From positions 1,056,001-1,120,000 of the forward strand of contig OY829846.1 in the NCBI GenBank assembly GCA_963691875.1: a DNA stretch of 64,000 nucleotides, in the 5' to 3' direction. This DNA is from Aureliella sp. Lineage in GTDB: Bacteria; Planctomycetota; Planctomycetia; Pirellulales; Pirellulaceae. Below the pieces are notes generated by a model. The model was not told where the DNA came from. It saw nothing but the letters and a program-made list of their open reading frames with translations, and did not search any database. Positions 62,801 through 64,000 of the stretch are shown here, in pieces (the stretch's first letter is position 1; each line of letters opens with the position of its first letter). The translations under genes and the position numbers were made by a program.

Positions 62801-64000
62801 ATGCCGAATTTCAATACCGATCAAGCCCGCGGAAACGCCTCACAAACCAGCCGTTTGGGCGGAGAGAACCACCTAAGCGGCAAGGTTTCACTGGTCGGAG
62901 CAGGCCCTGGAGACCCGCGACTACTCACTCTACGTGGCTTTCAGTGCCTCCAGACAGCGGACGTCGTTTTGTACGACGGGCTGGCAAACTCTGAAATTCT
63001 AGGATTTGCCCAATCTGCCGTGTGCGAATCAGTCGGAAAACACGGCGAGTCAAAAATCTGGACGCAGCGGGAAATCAACGCCCGAATTCTGGAACTCGCT
63101 CGAGCCGGCAAGAACGTTGTCCGCCTCAAAGGTGGTGATCCTGCAGTTTTCGCCCGAAGCGCCGAGGAGCTTGAAGTCCTTGCTGAGGCCGAGATTCCCT
63201 TTGAAGTCGTCCCAGGTATCACAGCTGCATTGGCGGCGGCCAGCTACGTCGGCATTCCGATCACACACCGAGATCACGCTTCGGCCGTCGCTTTTGTCAC
63301 TGGCCAGCAGCGCAGCGACCAACAGCCACAGGAATTGCATTGGGATTCGCTTGCCAAGTTTCCTGGGACGCTCGTGTTTTACATGGGTGTGACGACGGTC
63401 GAGTCCTGGACAACGAGTTTGATCGACGCTGGCAAGTCGCCCGACACACCCAGCGCGATCATCCGTCGCTGCACTTGGCAGGACCAATCCGTCATCCGTT
63501 GCACGCTAAGAGAAGTTGCCAAGGAACTGACACCCGCTTCCAAGATGCGTCCACCAGTCATCGTGATCGTCGGCGAAGTGTCGCAGCTCGGCGAAAATTT
63601 TGACTGGTTCAGCACCAAGCCACTACATGGCTTAGGCGTTTTGCACACTCGCCCTGAGCCAGATGCAGAGCTGACTCGCAGTTTGCGTGACCTCGGTGCC
63701 GAAGTGTTTCATCAGCCCGCCGTCGAGGTTGTTTCGCCAACTGACATCAGTTCCCTGGACATGGCTCTGGAACAATTGATTGGTGCAGCCGCCATCGAAG
63801 GTATCACATTTTCCAGCATCAACGGCGTCGACGGATTCATGTCGAGATTGCTAGACCGTGGACTCGACGTTCGCGCCCTCGCCGGATGCAAGTTGGCTTG
63901 CGTGGGCGCATCCACAGCGGAGCAGTTGACCAAGTATGGTCTGAAGGCAGACGCCCTTCCCGACTCGCCGCAAAATTACTCGGCAGCGGGTTTGCTCAAG
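62801..64000 (+). CDS. cobA: Uroporphyrinogen-III C-methyltransferase / synthase fusion (CobA/HemD), runs off the window
   Basis: Manual translation from ATG 62801: VSLVGAGPGDPRLLTLRG, VVRLKGGDP, VVPGITAA, LVFYMGV, then HemD-like TRP..FSSINGV..ACVG. Absent from the ORF track because there is no stop in the window. Confidence 0.92.
   Translation, partial: MPNFNTDQARGNASQTSRLGGENHLSGKVSLVGAGPGDPRLLTLRGFQCLQTADVVLYDGLANSEILGFAQSAVCESVGKHGESKIWTQREINARILELARAGKNVVRLKGGDPAVFARSAEELEVLAEAEIPFEVVPGITAALAAASYVGIPITHRDHASAVAFVTGQQRSDQQPQELHWDSLAKFPGTLVFYMGVTTVESWTTSLIDAGKSPDTPSAIIRRCTWQDQSVIRCTLREVAKELTPASKMRPPVIVIVGEVSQLGENFDWFSTKPLHGLGVLHTRPEPDAELTRSLRDLGAEVFHQPAVEVVSPTDISSLDMALEQLIGAAAIEGITFSSINGVDGFMSRLLDRGLDVRALAGCKLACVGASTAEQLTKYGLKADALPDSPQNYSAAGLLK

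Overview
A 64-kb stretch of a bacterial chromosome, very probably from a Planctomycete (Pirellulaceae-like). The evidence is a PVC-type CxxCH heme-binding protein, DUF1080 proteins, a sulfatase, an OleA-like enzyme, an MfnD-like ATP-grasp protein and Planctomycete-style hypothetical proteins. It mixes housekeeping genes (hemL, tatA-family pair, tmk, adk-like, tyrS, ispD, uup, gdhA, rpsT, cobA/hemD) with accessory enzymes and several decayed genes. No CRISPR array, rRNA, tRNA, transposase or prophage was seen. Main observations: (1) a hidden 173-aa AhpC/TSA-type redox gene (42067-42588, minus strand) whose active site reads U-x-x-C through an in-frame TGA followed directly by a stem-loop, i.e. 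a probable selenoprotein truncated in the ORF track; (2) a DUF2330 ORF with a membrane anchor followed by an internal signal-peptide-like segment, possibly a polyprotein, preceded by an uncharacterised partner gene; (3) a dispersed ~29-bp REP-like element found intergenically and also inserted in frame in uup; (4) a near-consensus sigma70 promoter followed by a ~134-nt multi-hairpin RNA upstream of tatA; (5) small proteins, including a Lacal_2735-like protein missing from the ORF track and an (EG)13 lipoprotein; (6) three single-base frameshifts in otherwise intact large genes, which may be assembly errors. All family assignments come from motif recognition by eye; no database searches were run.
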